Shown: in pieces, positions 38,001-49,636 of the stretch
Position numbering within the stretch: the first letter of the stretch is position 1
Layout: each line of letters opens with the position of its first letter
DNA from: Tubulanus polymorphus
Lineage: Eukaryota > Animalia > Nemertea
Length of the DNA stretch: 64,000 nt
Direction: 5' to 3'
Assembly: GCF_964204645.1 (NCBI RefSeq)
Contig: NC_134029.1
Span: 7,342,850 to 7,406,849 of the forward strand
Translations under genes and position numbers: made by a program
The notes under the pieces: generated by a model
The model's database searches: none
Seen by the model: the letters and a program-made list of their open reading frames with translations, nothing else
What the model was told of the DNA's origin: nothing

Positions 38001-41000
38001 TTTTAGAACTCCTAGAGAATGGTTGTAAAAGAGCCAATTAGAATTTTGATATTTTTTCCTATCTGGGATTCTTTAGGATGGAATTTTTAAGGTACCTCAA
38101 AATTTGAGGGCATTGTCCAGACCCACACTAACATCCCCTGGATCTGCCGATTGATCCTCGGCTTTATGAAGGCTTTGTGCTCAAACTATACTGAATAACC
38201 CAAATGTTTAGGAAAGGAGATGGTCAAAAATTCACTGCTTAAATCGAATTTCAGAGGTGGATGACATTGGGATGCATTGAATACGGCTGTGCCATATGAC
38301 CCCCGATGATTAATTATCCTCTCTTGACAGGGATGCGAACCTGATGGCATATCGAGGCCATCGGGTTCAAATCCCTGCTGAGGGAGCGATGGGGGAAATA
38401 CTCCAGGCGCTCCAGGATCTGCCCCTGAATTTATTTTTGACTGAGGCCTATTTTACGGTGGTAACTTCTTTTTCTCTGTAGACGATGAGGTAATTATCGA
38501 GGTCAGTTTGCAGCGAGCTTATCAAACGATGGTTGGATTCGGGGGAGCGATCACCGACGCCGCCGTCATCAATGCATTCAGTTTGAACGACAAAGCGCGA
38601 GAAAACCTGATGAAGTCGTATTATTCGCCGGACGGTATCGAGTATTCGGTGGCCAGGTTGCCAATCGGGAGTTGCGATTTCTCGACGAGGCCGTATTCGT
38701 ACGATGATTCGAACGGAGACTTCGAACTAGCAAATTTCACCCTGGCAAAAGAAGATTTACAATATAAGGTTTGGAAATTGATGTAGATTTGAGTCTATAA
38801 ACAGTTATTTGAGCTGAAGTTGAAGTTGTGCGATTGAATGATTTCAGTCTTATTTTCTTTTTGACAGATTCCATTCGTCCAAAAGGTATTTGCAATGAGT
38901 AAACGTAATCTGACGTTGTTTGCGAGCCCTTGGAGTGCTCCGGCTTGGATGAAAACTAATAAGAACCTAACGGGAAATGGCACACTGATCGGTCCCGTCG
39001 GTGGAAAATATTATCAGACTTGGGCGCTGTACTTCGTGAAGTAAGTACCGCAATTCACCATGAAATAGTATTATTGGCGCTTAGGAACTTTAACTGTAGC
39101 AAATTTCCATATTTGTTACCAATTTTGGCCTAGGAAACACTGTCTTGAATTGTGAGAAATCTTGGACAAACATTTTTTAGTAGCAATAAAAATAGATATA
39201 TCCTTTGAATACCGATATATTTTTAGATTCTTACAAGAATATGCTAAGAAGGGTATTAAGTTTTGGGGACTGACTGCCCAGAATGAGCCTTCAGACGGCC
39301 TGCTCTATAAATTCCGCTTCCAATGTACTGGATTTACTGCTGCACAACAACGAGATTTCATCGCTCTAAATCTCGGCCCGACTCTTGAAAAGAATGGTTT
39401 TGGTCACGTGAAATTGATGGTTCTTGATGATAGTCGATTTTTTCTTCCCGGTTGGGCTGATACTGTAAGTGTGAGATTATTCGATTTGGGTCAAACATAA
39501 CGATGAGGTACAAATAACAGTTTCATCTAGAATGAGGCAGTTATCAATAAATCATTTAATATCGTTTCACTATGATATTGGGCAGTGGCGGCAATCAGAA
39601 GTAAGAGTTGACCTCTGAATAGAATATTTATCATGTTTATGTTCTTAATCCTGACATGAAGATCTAGGCTGAGCAGGTCGGTCGCTTAACCTGGAATTCG
39701 AGGAAATCAGGGAAAAGTCAGGAAAATTTGTTGAGATTGCTAGGATTGCACATACCAGTAAAATCAAACGGTTTCCATCTATGTTGTATGTATTTTGACT
39801 GTTCATTTGATTCTTAGGATTTAGTCAGGAAAAAAGCGAGTCAAATAAAAGCCACCCTGTCAAGTTAGAGGCAGTTTCCTAGAAATCGAAAGCTCCACCT
39901 TGCAACGTCTTGAGATTATTTGAATGCTAGTGATAGAAATACATTTTCTTCGCTTTCAAGTCTTACTAGGAAACTTATCATTACTGCTTGGTAGCTTTAT
40001 TGGGTTACTGCTATTGTAGAACTCTTATTTCAGTTTTCATCCTATCTCTCTCTTTCTCTCTCTTGCAGATCTTCTCAAATCCCGCAAATCTCAAATACGT
40101 AGCCGGTATCGCGGTACATTGGTACGAGGATGTATTTATCGGGCCTTCGTTGCTCGAAAAAACGCACGTGAAATATCCAAATGTTTTCATCATGGCGACG
40201 GAAGCGTGTGCTAGCGCGATGCCCTGGGAGCAGCGTAAAGTACTTCTCGGTTATTGGGAATACGCAGAAAGATACGCTCACAGTATGATTCAGGTTTGCC
40301 TCAAATTTCATCTTTGCTTGGCTTTTTGAAAAGCTTTACCTTATCGGTTTTATATTGGCGAAAGTTGATTCATAATATCGGTTTGGTTTATCGTCTTTTC
40401 AAGCTGAAAAAATCATGTGGCTGCGCTATCAATAATGATAATGATTTATTAGCACAGTACTTAAGAATAATCTCTGTACATAACAATGATAACTATATAT
40501 TTAAGACAGTAGCACATTATTGGAATAGTTACGGTAAATAAAAGCTGTCTATTATCCTTTAAAGTACTGTCCATCTCTATGTTTTACTGATTCAACAAGG
40601 TTAAATGCTGCTCGTCTGCAAATCTCGTTGCTTTTACAAATTCAAGGAAGTCCTGGTCACTAAAATTGCCTCATAAAATAATATTTGCAGGATATTCAGC
40701 ACTGGGCTGTAGGATGGACTGATTGGAACATCGCTCTGGATTTACAAGGCGGTCCAAATTGGGTGAAGAATTATGTCGACAGTCCGATAATAGTCGACGC
40801 AAAAAACCAGATATTCTACAAGCAACCGATGTATTATGCTATGGGTCATTTCAGGTAATAGAAAATCTGTATATTGATTTCAAGGCACCCTGAATATTTG
40901 AGCCATCTAGAAAATCTATAATGATTATTGTATTTCATTCATCTTTTACAGTAAATTTATTCCAAGAAGATGCATTCGAATTGGGTCTGAGGCGAATAAG

Positions 41001-41816
41001 AAAACAAAGCTGGAATTTGTGTCGTTTCTGTGTCCTGGAAAATATATTACTACAGTCGTACTCAACAGGTAGATATTTCTGTGCAGTAAACTCCTAATCC
41101 CAGAACTGATAATATATCCATTTAGGATAAAGAACGGAACATCGTGGTCCATTCACTTATCCCTTCGAGAAGGTACCTTACCGGGGTGTCCTCGACTTTA
41201 ATTCTTTGGTGGATCCCTTAAAGAAAAAACTGGACCTTTTGGCTAAATCTTTGATAATCGATAAAACAACTATTGGGGTGTCTATCGATCAAAATTTTTA
41301 TGGTGATAAATACCTTACTGCTCCATTGCGCTTGTGCTGTTAGAGCTCCTGGGAATAACATTGCTGGCCAAAAAGCCCATGGCCACTTCGTGATGTTTCC
41401 TCCACCCATCAGGAGCCACGTGTGAGCAAACATAATCTGATAGGGGGTCATTCATTTATTACGTACGCATTAGGGGAGGGGGAGTGGGAGGGGTCAGTGC
41501 AATTTGCGTACTGTAATGCTTAATGTATATGAAAAAATGGCCAATTTTGCGTTTACAGAGGGAGAGTGGGGGTTGAAAAATTCAAATTTTATGCGTATGT
41601 AATAAATGAATGATCCCTAGGCAGGTTGTGCTTAATTGGAATTGAGTGGTGGATGTTGAAAAGTTTTTTCTATTTTCCTTATATTCTGTTTTGTTATTGA
41701 TATTTTTCAGGGAAGATTTTTCGATACCGTTCCACCTACACGATTCAATGAGCGGATATATCAATAGCATCGCTGCTCCTAGATCGATTCTAACCTTTGT
41801 GTGGTGGGTTTACTAG
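35050..41816 (+). CDS. GBA1: Lysosomal acid glucosylceramidase (glycoside hydrolase family 30)
   Basis: Exons 35050-35116 (signal peptide [22 protein letters not shown]), 37157-37351, 38482-38768, 38868-39040, 39227-39464, 40069-40293, 40691-40854, 40952-41068, 41711-41816. Motifs: [32 protein letters not shown], catalytic QNEP and [23 protein letters not shown]. Confidence 0.95.
35400..36689. mobile_element. Foldback MITE of the same family as 13368-13817, interrupted by the HINE insertion
   Basis: Same TIRs and arms; flanked by the 8-bp direct repeat TTCAAGGA (35392-35399 and 36690-36697). Confidence 0.8.
35571..36430 (-). mobile_element. Second, inverted copy of the HINE-like element with a collapsed tandem array, nested in a MITE in GBA1 intron 1
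   Basis: Reverse complement of 4301-5560 with about 2.5 repeat units missing, flanked by T runs. Confidence 0.85.
37629..37983. mobile_element. CAGGGTTTCCAG-terminated MITE in GBA1 intron 2
   Basis: Same TIRs and interior as 25235-25607; 6-bp TSD TCACAT (37623-37628 and 37984-37989). Confidence 0.8.
41444..41617. mobile_element. Tourist/Harbinger-like MITE in GBA1 intron 8
   Basis: TIR GGG.TCATTCATTTATTAC.TACGCA and its inverse; 3-bp TAG flanks. Confidence 0.7.
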
Positions 41817-43928
41817 TGGCCACTCGATACAGACAATAATTCACTCGGTCAATATTGGTGCTACGTAATTATCGCACAGAAGATTCCATCGATTTTCACA
41901 CGCGAGACTTGCTACTATTTCGAAGAAGCTGTCAGCGAAATAGTTACTTTTGTTGTGGCTTCTTATGTATATCTGTTACAATTAAAAGCCTTGCCCGATA
42001 TGTCTCTTATAGTAAAAAGCCTTATCTATAGAAGGGTATAAACTTTGGTTGAGAAATACGACCACCAATCGATGATCAATATGCCATATTTGGCAGGTGT
42101 CTTTGTGGATACTATACATTGATAACTTAATTGGATGGATTTTGAAAGCCCCATTTATTTCAGAAAGACAATTTATTTCAAAAAGGGCACAATTATGTCT
42201 GACAATTTATTTCGAAAATCTGAGAGGGAGCAACTAAGGCACAATTTGACTAAATTTTGACTGAAAATTTTGCAGTGAAAAGGGGCACTGCTAGAACGTC
42301 TTTTCATTATTTATTTACCCTATCCTGTTCCTGGATCCACTGTTGTAAACTTCGAAATGAAAGTCAGCTTTTTTATAAAGAAAAAAGAAATTTTCAATAA
42401 TAGAACATTTAATTTTAATTTCATTCAATTAACAATTATAAAATTTTTCAATGTGCTTTCTATACAAAGTTTAATGTTTATCTGATCTCATTTGTTATTA
42501 TTCATCGCTTTGTTTTCAAATAGACACAATTCTATGAATTTTTCACCTCGACCTTCAAGTCCTACCGGGTACTTGTAGTATTAGTCGAATGAGGCTTCTA
42601 TACTTGAAAGGGAGAGACCTTATCAACTCAAACCCATGACCCGACGATTGCCGAAACCAACCAGTTCATGAAAGACTGATGGCTTTAACCACTCAGTAGT
42701 TAGAAATCTAATACGCTTTACATTTCATAACATTTTGTCATTGTGCAGACATGAATATTTGTAATACATGTATTGATAATTTACATATCACATAAATTTT
42801 ACAAGCTCAAGGTTCAGTTCCATAGTTGCTAATCGATTTTAACTCGTGAGTGGTGGTTGTAATTTAACACGTACAGTATTATTAATAATGATAATAATGA
42901 TAGTAAAGGATCCCTTGCTGAGTAATTGAGAAAAGTAGCTGAGTAACCGGTAGATTTTCGTTTCCCTCACGCACAAACGCGTAGAGGTCGGCAAGTTAAT
43001 GGGTGCAACTAATACCGAGTTCGTTCATTGACATCATTGTTCCTCCGTTGAAGTAGAAATTTTAGCAACCATGGAGCTGACTCCTGTAGCATTAGGTTCG
43101 CTCCGGTGTCCTTACAGTATTATGTACAGATACATTTTTTAACGTTAATTTTTGATGAAAGTTGTTGTGATTTAAGTGCAAAATCGTTCGCGGTAATAAA
43201 GATATATAAAATTTAAAAACGTGCGTATATTATTTCTATTTTCGACTGCTTTAATCACAGATATTGAAGAAATTCGTCAGCTCTTTCTTGGGAGAAAGGC
43301 TTGAAATTATGATAAAAGAAGTTTCAGATGATTTGACATGTGTGTACGATCTTATGAAGACTCTTCATTTATCGACGAGTACAGTGGAAACATTATGGTA
43401 TCGGGGATGAAAAATTCATCGTACATACTGCGTATTGTTGCTCGTAAAATGAATGCCGGTAAACTTGATCCTATCGATATGATCAAAGATTCATAGTCTT
43501 GAAGTGAATTGATGACATATAATGCATTGAAGAAGCACGATTACAATTAAGTCTGAAATCTTTTTAACATTTTCAAATTTGATAACAGTTGGATACAAGC
43601 AATTCTACGTGTACATGAACACGAATTTGAGCTACTTCGTGATGGTATTTACAGGTCATGCAGAAAAAGACAACACGAAAAGCTAAGATATTTTAGTAAT
43701 ACTGCAGGCGCGCGGTTCTAGACGGTATTCCGTGTATTCCAGAATACAGTGGTGATTTCAAGAAGTACCCTTTCCTCGAAAGTGCCCTTATATATATACG
43801 ACATTTAACCAAGAGGAGGGGACCTAAAATGATGGCCACAAGGGCACCTGTCAATTTTTCAGTGGCCGTAAAAAGTGCCCTTCTAAATCAGGAAAGGTTC
43901 TGGATACGCATCTGTACCTTAGATGTTT

Positions 43929-46039
43929 CTATGTAGTCGTGACAGTAATGCTTTGCGTAGCCGCTTTCGCCGCTTTTTTCTTTTCTCTTTCATTCATACA
44001 TTTTTCGAGACCGAGGACTTTATAATATCCTTTACGGAATTGTTTGTTGGTGATGCCATAGAGAATACAGTTTAAACTGGAGTTGACGTGCGCAATCAAG
44101 ATGGCAAACATGTACAGTTCTTGTCCCAGCTCGTCTTTCGGGTCGATGACGACGAACAACGTGAACGGAGTCCAGCAAAGCGCGAACACGATGAATATGA
44201 TGAACAAAGTTCGGGCTAAACGCATCGAATCCTTCTTGCCAGAAGTGCCGTCTGCCTTCGTACCGATTTTCTTCTTCGACTGGTACACGTTCCAGAAGAT
44301 TAGGAAATAACACGTGGAAATGATGACTAGCGGAACGGCCACGCCAAAACCGGAGAAGAAAAGATTGTAGTAATAGTTGTAGTTTCGATCCCACAAACAG
44401 GTCAGGGTTTTTCGGTCGTAAGCGTGTCCGTTCCAGCCGGTGATATTAGGCAATTCGAGCAGAAAGCTGATCACCCACAATACGATGCTGATAATGATTC
44501 CGTTTCGGAGATTGTATATGCTGTCGTATCGGTCGTGATGGACTATGTGAACGTACCGATTGAAACTGATCGCCCCGATATTGTACAACGAACAGTAACA
44601 GGCGGTCAAACAAACGCTGGCCACCAGATCGCATAAACCTGGTCTGGCTAAGAAGAACTTCTCTCCTTCTATTACACCTAGAGAGGAAGATAATACGTAT
44701 AACCATAGAAGAAACACTATTCCGTGTTGTGACGATAAATAAAGGACCCCACACTGATACAACGAAAGATGAAGCCCGAAAAGTTTCCTTAAAGCTAATA
44801 ATTTATTGATTCGACGTTTCGACTATAACCTAATAGTCATCTTCAGGAATAATCAGGGAAGATGACTATAAGGTTATAGTCGAAACGTAGAATCAATGAA
44901 TTATTATCTTTAAGGAAACTTTTCGGACTTCATCTTTCGTTGTATCATTGTTGGATCCTCTACTTGATAATACATGGAGTGGCGTCCATGGTATAAACGT
45001 GTAAATTTGCCTGCCCCTTCGTGGCCAGTTGCATCGTCAATGAGCATCATGATTAGCCAGCATTTTGAATTATGCACAAACCGTAAAGAGCAAATACGTG
45101 CAAATCTCTCCTTGGGAGTTCATAAACTCCTGTTGATCGATCCCTAAGTTATTATATATACGAAGGATGAATGCAAGACTCACTAATTGGGCTAATTATT
45201 TCAGATGGTTGATTTTTTTTCATATCACACATCACGCTTTACTTACTGAGAATATTGAACGGATCAACAAACGCCGAAACGCACAAATCCGCGAACGCTA
45301 GGTTAACGATGAACACGTTGCCTGGAGTTCGTAAGAACTAGAAACGAAAGAAATTGACGTATATTGAAAAATGATATGCTTATCGATGCGCGTCTAATCA
45401 TAAGGTATCGAGGATAAATGCAATATGAGTATTTCTATTTTGAAATTCTTGACACGCAATGATGGCGCTAGAACGTCACTCGGAACTCAAAAAGAAAGAA
45501 AACGTTAAATTCATTCTTAAAAAGAAATACGAATGGTGCCCTAAGTTAATTTCACGTGCTAGTGAGAACTTATTTTGATAAAATTCAGCGTTTTCCTGTC
45601 ATTCTGGCGCTATAGTTCGCATTTTTATACCAGGAATTTTACTGTTATGGACAATATTAGCCACCATGCATACTAATCAAAGTATTTTGAATGGCTATCT
45701 TTATGCGTACTTTTTATTATAGTTTTTGACCATCTCGTCCTTTTTTAGAAACACGGACATATAGATGATGTACTTGAGCAATCTTTTTTTGTCTTAGAAT
45801 AGGGATTGTCCCTGATATTTACTTGATTGGTAGATTTGGTCTGATTTGTTTGACCATCCCGTCCTTACCTTGTTGGCAAACACCGCACCTATGATCAGAA
45901 TGTTCCCTATCGTTCCCGATACGGTAGCAGCGCAGAGTAGGACGAAGTACGGCACGGCAACTGCGGCATGGGTGCGTAAATATCCAGCTTCGATTACACC
46001 CGTATCGTTTTCGAGTCTCAGAACTTGCACTAGATCCAT
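43929..46039 (-). CDS. Class A GPCR, melatonin-receptor-like
   Basis: Exons 46039-45869, 45337-45247, 44677-43929. TM1 GN, TM2 NLAFAD, TM3 ending NRY (melatonin-receptor variant of DRY), TM6 CWTP, TM7 AHVNSSLNCILY. An acceptor AG immediately before the ATG implies an upstream non-coding exon. Confidence 0.85.
44755..44947. mobile_element. Inverted pair of Penelope-like terminal-repeat fragments forming a ~190-bp hairpin in GPCR intron 2
   Basis: About 90-bp near-perfect arms (TGATACAACGAAAGATGAAG...GTCATCTTC and its inverse), each containing a hammerhead-like core. Confidence 0.65.
44809..44850 (-). ncRNA. Minimal type I hammerhead-ribozyme-like motif (Penelope type)
   Basis: The minus strand reads AUUC-CUGAAGA-U-GACUAU(UAGGUU)AUAGUC-GAAA-C-GUC-GAAU: CUGANGA and GAAA cores, stem II, stem I (AUUC/GAAU), GUC cleavage triplet, palindromic ACGU stem III. 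Confidence 0.55.
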
Positions 46040-49000
46040 TCTGCGAACATAAAAACGTAGTGGAATTAGATATGAATGAATGCCTGCGATTCAGAGCGGT
46101 GACCATAGTTCGTCCCCGTCTACTCCCTCTGCCTCCCTCGTGATTAACTGAATTTCGACTTCTGTCCTGAAATTTTCATCAATTCAAGCTATTCTATATT
46201 AATTGGAAAATTAGTTTGAACGATGAAAACGAATTACTTTTGCACCATCAATTTCGATTCCACAACGTTATTGATAAGACTATGGACTCAAAAATAAATT
46301 CTTTTTTTTGAGTCCACGGTAAGACCTAAAGAAGAAATATTGATTATAGATGAAGGTGCATAGGTTATAAGGAACGTTGGAAGAATTAATTATTAAGTGC
46401 AGAAAAATATTTCTCAAAACTGCTGGGGTCATCTCGAACCATTGATGCTAATTCTTCTCATTTATCTCACTCAGTGTTTGATGCGCTCAAAAGATTTTCG
46501 TTCAATTTTCAATGGTCGATTTGTGAAATAAGTACAACTGTTTCAGGAATCTGGAACGTATTTACACGTAAACTGTTGTCATAACGGTGTTTAAAGAATC
46601 ACATCGTCCGGGTGATTTGAAGAGCAGTTTAAAATGATGATACGCCCACCCAGTGTATAAACGCATATCAAATCAGGTACGATACATAATTTTCTATATA
46701 GAACTTAAGCGGCGTAGTTTTAATCAGCTATTCAAATTAATTAGTAATAGTTCTCGATTATTTGTGGTCGTCGTTGTGGATTATTAATCTTGCGCACACG
46801 CAATTGCCCACTGTCCTGACCAGACGACACACTATAAACGCCCGGATGTGAAGTACTTAGAATTCAGGAAACAACCGCGGGCGACTCGTATACATGTATG
46901 TATATTGATGTGAAATGAAATGATTTCGTTAACGTTTTGATATCGCCATCCGATGATAACTGCCCATGAACGAATTTCATGTTCGTTTTAGCGAGAACAT
47001 GAAAGCTGGGTTCAAAATCATCTCGCGTTCGCATCTTATCTCATCGGACACGAATATATGAATCTTGAAAATTGAAGTGGAAAACAACTGATGTATAACT
47101 TAAACAATTTGATAATAAAATGTGTAAAATTGACATATAACTTTAATAATTTCGTTAACCCAATCGTTGTCATTGTTGAAATAAACAAATCATATCAGAT
47201 TTTTCTTAGTGACCATTTCTCACCTTTTAACGGAATTTTGATAATTTCCTGTGGTTTTAAACGAACTCGCAAACTCTTCTTTTCTGCCGTTACCCGTATG
47301 AATCGCGCGGAACGTCTCTTCGCAATAAATTTCACAGTTTATTCAATTATTTTCTCCTTTTTCTCCCTTGGTCGTGGATCGATTTGACCGTATGATATGA
47401 AATCGCGTCTGTCCATCACAGGAGTGTGTACTAACTTGCAAAAATCTGCCGATCGACTGTCGCCCGATCGACCGACGTCCGAGAAAAGTTTTACGTAAGA
47501 ATTCGATCTAATCTTCAGTCATCCGGCGTTCGTCTGCACAGCAGTGCGCTTAATGAAACCATTGTAATTGCGGTCGGTTTACATTACAGTTGGCATGACG
47601 ATATTAGTCTGCAAAACGGAAAGACGGTCAGCGATGAGAAATGATTAATATAAATGAGGAACACCTCGTTATCCAATGAACTCTCATCAACAGGAACAAA
47701 GTGACCAAACACGGGAAATTATTTGCTCGATCTTTAAAAAGAATACCTTTACCACCTATATGTGTCAATTATGACTTTCGCAAGATAATTGTTAGCATGA
47801 TTGAATTTATATCGACCATCGTCGCGACTCCCATCGCCTCGGTTCACGTGCCATCTTTGGAAATGAGAGTGTCATACTCACCTTGAATATCACGTGCAGA
47901 ATCAGGCGATACGATGCGTCGTTTCCCGCCGTTATTCGTGAATAATGTGAATAATGGGACAAGGTCTGAAGTCAGATTCGGGTCACACCGAAGTTTTTCG
48001 ACCAAGAAAAATCTGACGAGAGAAAACAAACTATTTTGTTATCTCGCGTTGATATATGTTTTGGTCCTTAGTGAGAAAATAAAGTTATGTTTAAGCGGGG
48101 TCGCCGTTAATTATTGTTTTTCTCGCATTAAATTTTCTTTTCTCGCTATGAAATGTGTTTTCACATTTCAAATTTCGGGTTGGCCCGAATCAGCCACCAT
48201 ACTAAAGCGACCAAAGCCTTCGAAATTCAAAACTATCACAAGTAGAAGATGGAAGCTATCATTTGAGCATTTACCACAGGCTCTTCTCACATCCCAACCG
48301 TAATGAAGTTATTGTCACACCCCGCATAGTGATTGGTGCGTTCGACAAGAATCGCCAAGATCGGCAAGTCTACTTCGAGACTCACAGCGGTAAAGCCGTA
48401 ACTGTAACTGTAACTGTAACGGTGTAGATTTGTAGTTGGAGTATCTCGTAAAAGGATCTTTGGTAATGGTGGCTGATGAGGGCAACGTAAAATTCCTGGT
48501 ATGCAAATGAGGGCGCCAGAGCGAAAAAAATGTTGAATTTCCTTTAGAAAGTCCATTTTGGAGCGCCAAAACAAAGAATTTTCCGTTCTGGAGCACGAAA
48601 ACAGAATAGTAAATCGATTTTGGTGCGCTCGCCAAAACAAACATTCGACCTCAGAAAAATTATTTTTCAATTTGGTGCGTTGACCCATAGTTTACTTTGC
48701 ATACGTATATTGAATATCCCCCACCAAAACAGATTTTCAGAGAAAATTCGACGTTTTTCCTTGTTTTGGCGGCAGTGTTTTGGCGAAAGCGCCAAGCGCG
48801 GAGTTTTTGACAATCAAATGCAAGCGGCTGACTGGAGCAAAATGACCAATATGTTGCACGGAACACCAACGTGGCTCGTCGTGAAAATTCAACTTGGAGC
48901 TTGGAGCAATCAATGATTACTCCAAGCTTGGAGGGTGACAGCGTTACAGTGCATTTACAGTTCGACATCCCACATTCACAAACTTCACTGTAATTCATTG

Positions 49001-49621
49001 TTTACTCAATCAAGCACAGATGGGCGCAATTTCACGTCCATACAATTGTGTAAATTAAAAATTTGATAACCTTAGGTAATTGTGACTACATTGTATTTCG
49101 TTTGTTCTTTTAATGTGTGTTGTGCAATATCTATAAGGGATGGGAATTATGTATTTATATTTTGATAAGTTTTTTAAAACCTCAGATAATATAATGTACA
49201 AAAAGGGTTAATCCCAGTACAAAGGTGAAGGGTCAGGATAAGTATCACGTGATCTGAAGTCACGTATCTGTCTTCTGTTCGTAGACACCAAGACGATAAG
49301 ACGTGTCGAATAAACTAGCATATAAAATACAACCACTAGTAGTTTCCTGTTATGAGGATTTTGTTCCCCGGTATAAAGGACGATCTCCACATTACAATAA
49401 TGACGAGACATCGACTTCAACTGAATCAGAGAAATGGGCAGTCAGTTAGTAAGTAATTTCCGGTTTCAGATTCACACCTTGAAATCAATTGACCGCGCCC
49501 AGATTTACGTCGATAAAACAACAACAAAAAACTATGGAACAGGGTCCTTCAAGAAATATTGAAATAGCAAAAATATTGATTACAAAAATGCACTATTTCG
49601 TGATATCATGAAATGACGCTG

Positions 49622-49627
49622 TTTATT
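49622..49627 (-). terminator. Polyadenylation signal of the Kunitz peptide gene
   Basis: AATAAA on the minus strand about 10 nt after the TAA stop. Confidence 0.6.
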
Positions 49628-49636
49628 TGACTTAGA

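Noticed and set aside
49208-49420. 70-aa minus-strand ORF after an acceptor-like sequence, as a possible extra Kunitz-gene exon
   Set aside because: It lies beyond the Kunitz stop and poly(A) signal and has no recognisable motif.
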